Shown piece after piece: positions 62,244-64,000 of a DNA stretch of 64,000 nucleotides. How positions within the stretch are numbered: position 1 is the first letter of the stretch; each line of letters begins with the position of its first letter. The stretch spans positions 1 through 64,000 of the forward strand of contig JBEWZL010000304.1 in NCBI GenBank assembly GCA_045837725.1. The letters are read 5' to 3'. The position numbers were made by a program, and so were the translations under genes. The notes beneath the pieces are model-generated. The model did no database searches. It had not been told where the DNA came from and saw nothing but the letters and a program-made list of their open reading frames with translations. This stretch comes from Vermamoeba vermiformis (lineage: Eukaryota).

Positions 62244-63296
62244 TTAGAAGAACAAGAAAGCAGCGAACAAGAGCATCGACGCGGATGTGATGACGGCATT
62301 GCTGGCCTTAGGAGTGGCAGCAGTAGGGGTAGTGCTAGCTTGTGGCGCAGCGACTGGGGTCGGAGCGGTCAAAGAGCACACCAGAGGCGAGCTAGAAACG
62401 CCCGTACCGTCCTTAACGGCAGCATTAGGGGAGAGGGTCTTGGGTCTGTTGACCTCTTGGCATTGGTTGGAGGTACTGCGCTTGCCGTTGTAAAATCTGA
62501 GCGGGGTAAATCCGGATTTAGGCACGGGTTCGATTGCACTTAAAATAGAGCTAAAACTTACCTGGTAGGGCTGTCCAAAACGGTAATGATATCATACTCA
62601 CCCTCAGGGCAAGGAGAGTAGATTTGGAAAGTAGCGCAGTCCTAAGCAGCAGATTAAGTATGACCTCATAAGTTAACGGCTTAAGAAACGTACCAAGGTG
62701 CTAATATCAGAAGTAACGTTGACGGTAAAATTACTCTTGCAAAAAGAGGAAGCAGTTCCGGCAAAGGCAGTAGTTCTCTGTTCAAACGTTAGTTACACGA
62801 TAGCGCGCGATCGGATTTACTTACGGGAGTGAGGGTCTTAGTGGTGTTGGACCAGAACTGAATATCGTAAACCTTCGCACCAGAGCCGTAGCAAGCAGTA
62901 GCGTTGCTTTCCGCGGTAAATTGGTCTACCGATCGGATTTAGTAATTGAAACAGGGTAAATTCAATTATAAAATATTCAGGCTTACAAGTTCCCTCAGAG
63001 AAAAATTCGGCATTCAATTTATCCTCGGTACAGTTGGCGCCGCCGTAGAGCTTGGCAGTAACCATCCAGTGACCGTTAGCCTCGATCTCGTAGGTTCTGA
63101 AGTAGTAGAAAGGGACTAAAATAATAAAAATTAGTATAAATAAAGGTGCGCTAAAAAATACAGAAATAATAATTTACGTACTTCCAGGAGTAACTTGCTC
63201 GCAGTTATCGCTAACCCATTTACCACTAATGTCAGGGAAGGTTTGGCTCATAACAACGGCCGTCAAGGCAAGCACTAACAACAATACTTTCATCAT
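62244..63296 (-). CDS. Secreted, probably GPI-anchored APCDD1-like domain protein (multi-exon)
   Basis: Signal peptide MMKVLLLVLALTAVVMS. Pattern GKWVSDNCE...YYFRTY...W...LYGGANC...GTY...TLTP...C...SDI...C...EYDII...YNGKR...NRP. P/T/A stalk and hydrophobic tail. Confidence 0.65.
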
Positions 63297-63694
63297 TTCG
63301 TATATTTTAGTTGATTTGTGTTGTTTCCTAACAGATCAAAAAAATGGAAGTAGGCAAATAAGCGACAAAACCAAAAATGCCTCCAATCTTGGTGGAGATA
63401 TTAATGTGATTCATATCATACCTTAAAAAATGATTGGAATATATAGAATTGTAGAATTGCGTCAACTAATCAGATCGAATTAAGTATACCACGGTTTCGA
63501 TGAACTCAATCGGCGTTTTGTAAGGCAATAAAGCAACTTATTATTTTAGTCCGATGACCCGCCTTTACAAGTATCCCTCAATAGCGCGAGTTCAGATTTA
63601 GTTGTAACGATCTGCAGCATCTCGCCGTTTTTCCGCCAATCCATTTAAAATGCTTCCTTGCACCTATCTGGCATAATTACGCTATAATTCATGC

Positions 63695-63946
63695 ATGGGT
63701 CGCTTCGTACCTCTGCGACGGACTCCACACAGTGAAACAAGAACACAAAGCGCAATTGATACCGCGCCTACTCCGAAATCTCGTCTATTGCACGCTATTA
63801 ATTTTAAATATTACATGCGCGATGCTATCCATGATATTGAAGACCAACTTAAAATTAGGTCAATTTTCAAACGGTTATTAAATTTTGAACGGTTCGGCAA
63901 CTTAGCCGATGACTATAATGAGCGTCCATATAAACCTATAAAGTAA
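63695..63946 (+). CDS. Possible start of an unknown gene at the window edge
   Basis: 83-aa ORF ending at a GTAAT donor-like site. No recognisable motif. Confidence 0.25.
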   Translation: MGRFVPLRRTPHSETRTQSAIDTAPTPKSRLLHAINFKYYMRDAIHDIEDQLKIRSIFKRLLNFERFGNLADDYNERPYKPIK

Positions 63947-64000
63947 TATAATATTTGAACAATATTAGTACCTTTTGATTTAAAAGCAAGCAAGTCTAGA

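Overview
Gene-dense eukaryotic DNA with short (~40-70 nt) GT-AG introns and CTAAC-like branch points, consistent with a free-living protist (amoebozoan-like; this is inference). All gene models were spliced and translated by hand. The first ~7.4 kb has no convincing protein gene. It holds a palindromic CCCC-x3-GGGG satellite, two divergent spliced but apparently non-coding units full of hairpins, a hairpin/oligo-T array and a CpG-decayed 20-bp minisatellite. The remainder has ~18 intron-containing genes. The most notable block is 11.8-24.3 kb. It contains a secreted polyprotein-like gene with two MACPF domains, head-to-head with a single-MACPF gene that carries a dibasic-site insert in TMH2. 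Next to these, a segment bounded by inverted tRNA-Gly copies encodes a tail-anchored YqaJ exonuclease, an SH3b-M23 peptidoglycan hydrolase and a CRIB-WH2 actin regulator. Other notable items are a CpG-depleted CRN/RHS-type SAM-NTPase-nuclease gene with a mitochondrial-presequence-like N-terminus, a 28-repeat Cys-rich GPI-type surface protein, a template-switch micro-inversion inside a carboxypeptidase gene, a PRISE-family pseudogene and an APCDD1-like protein. No database searches were run; family calls rest on motif recognition.
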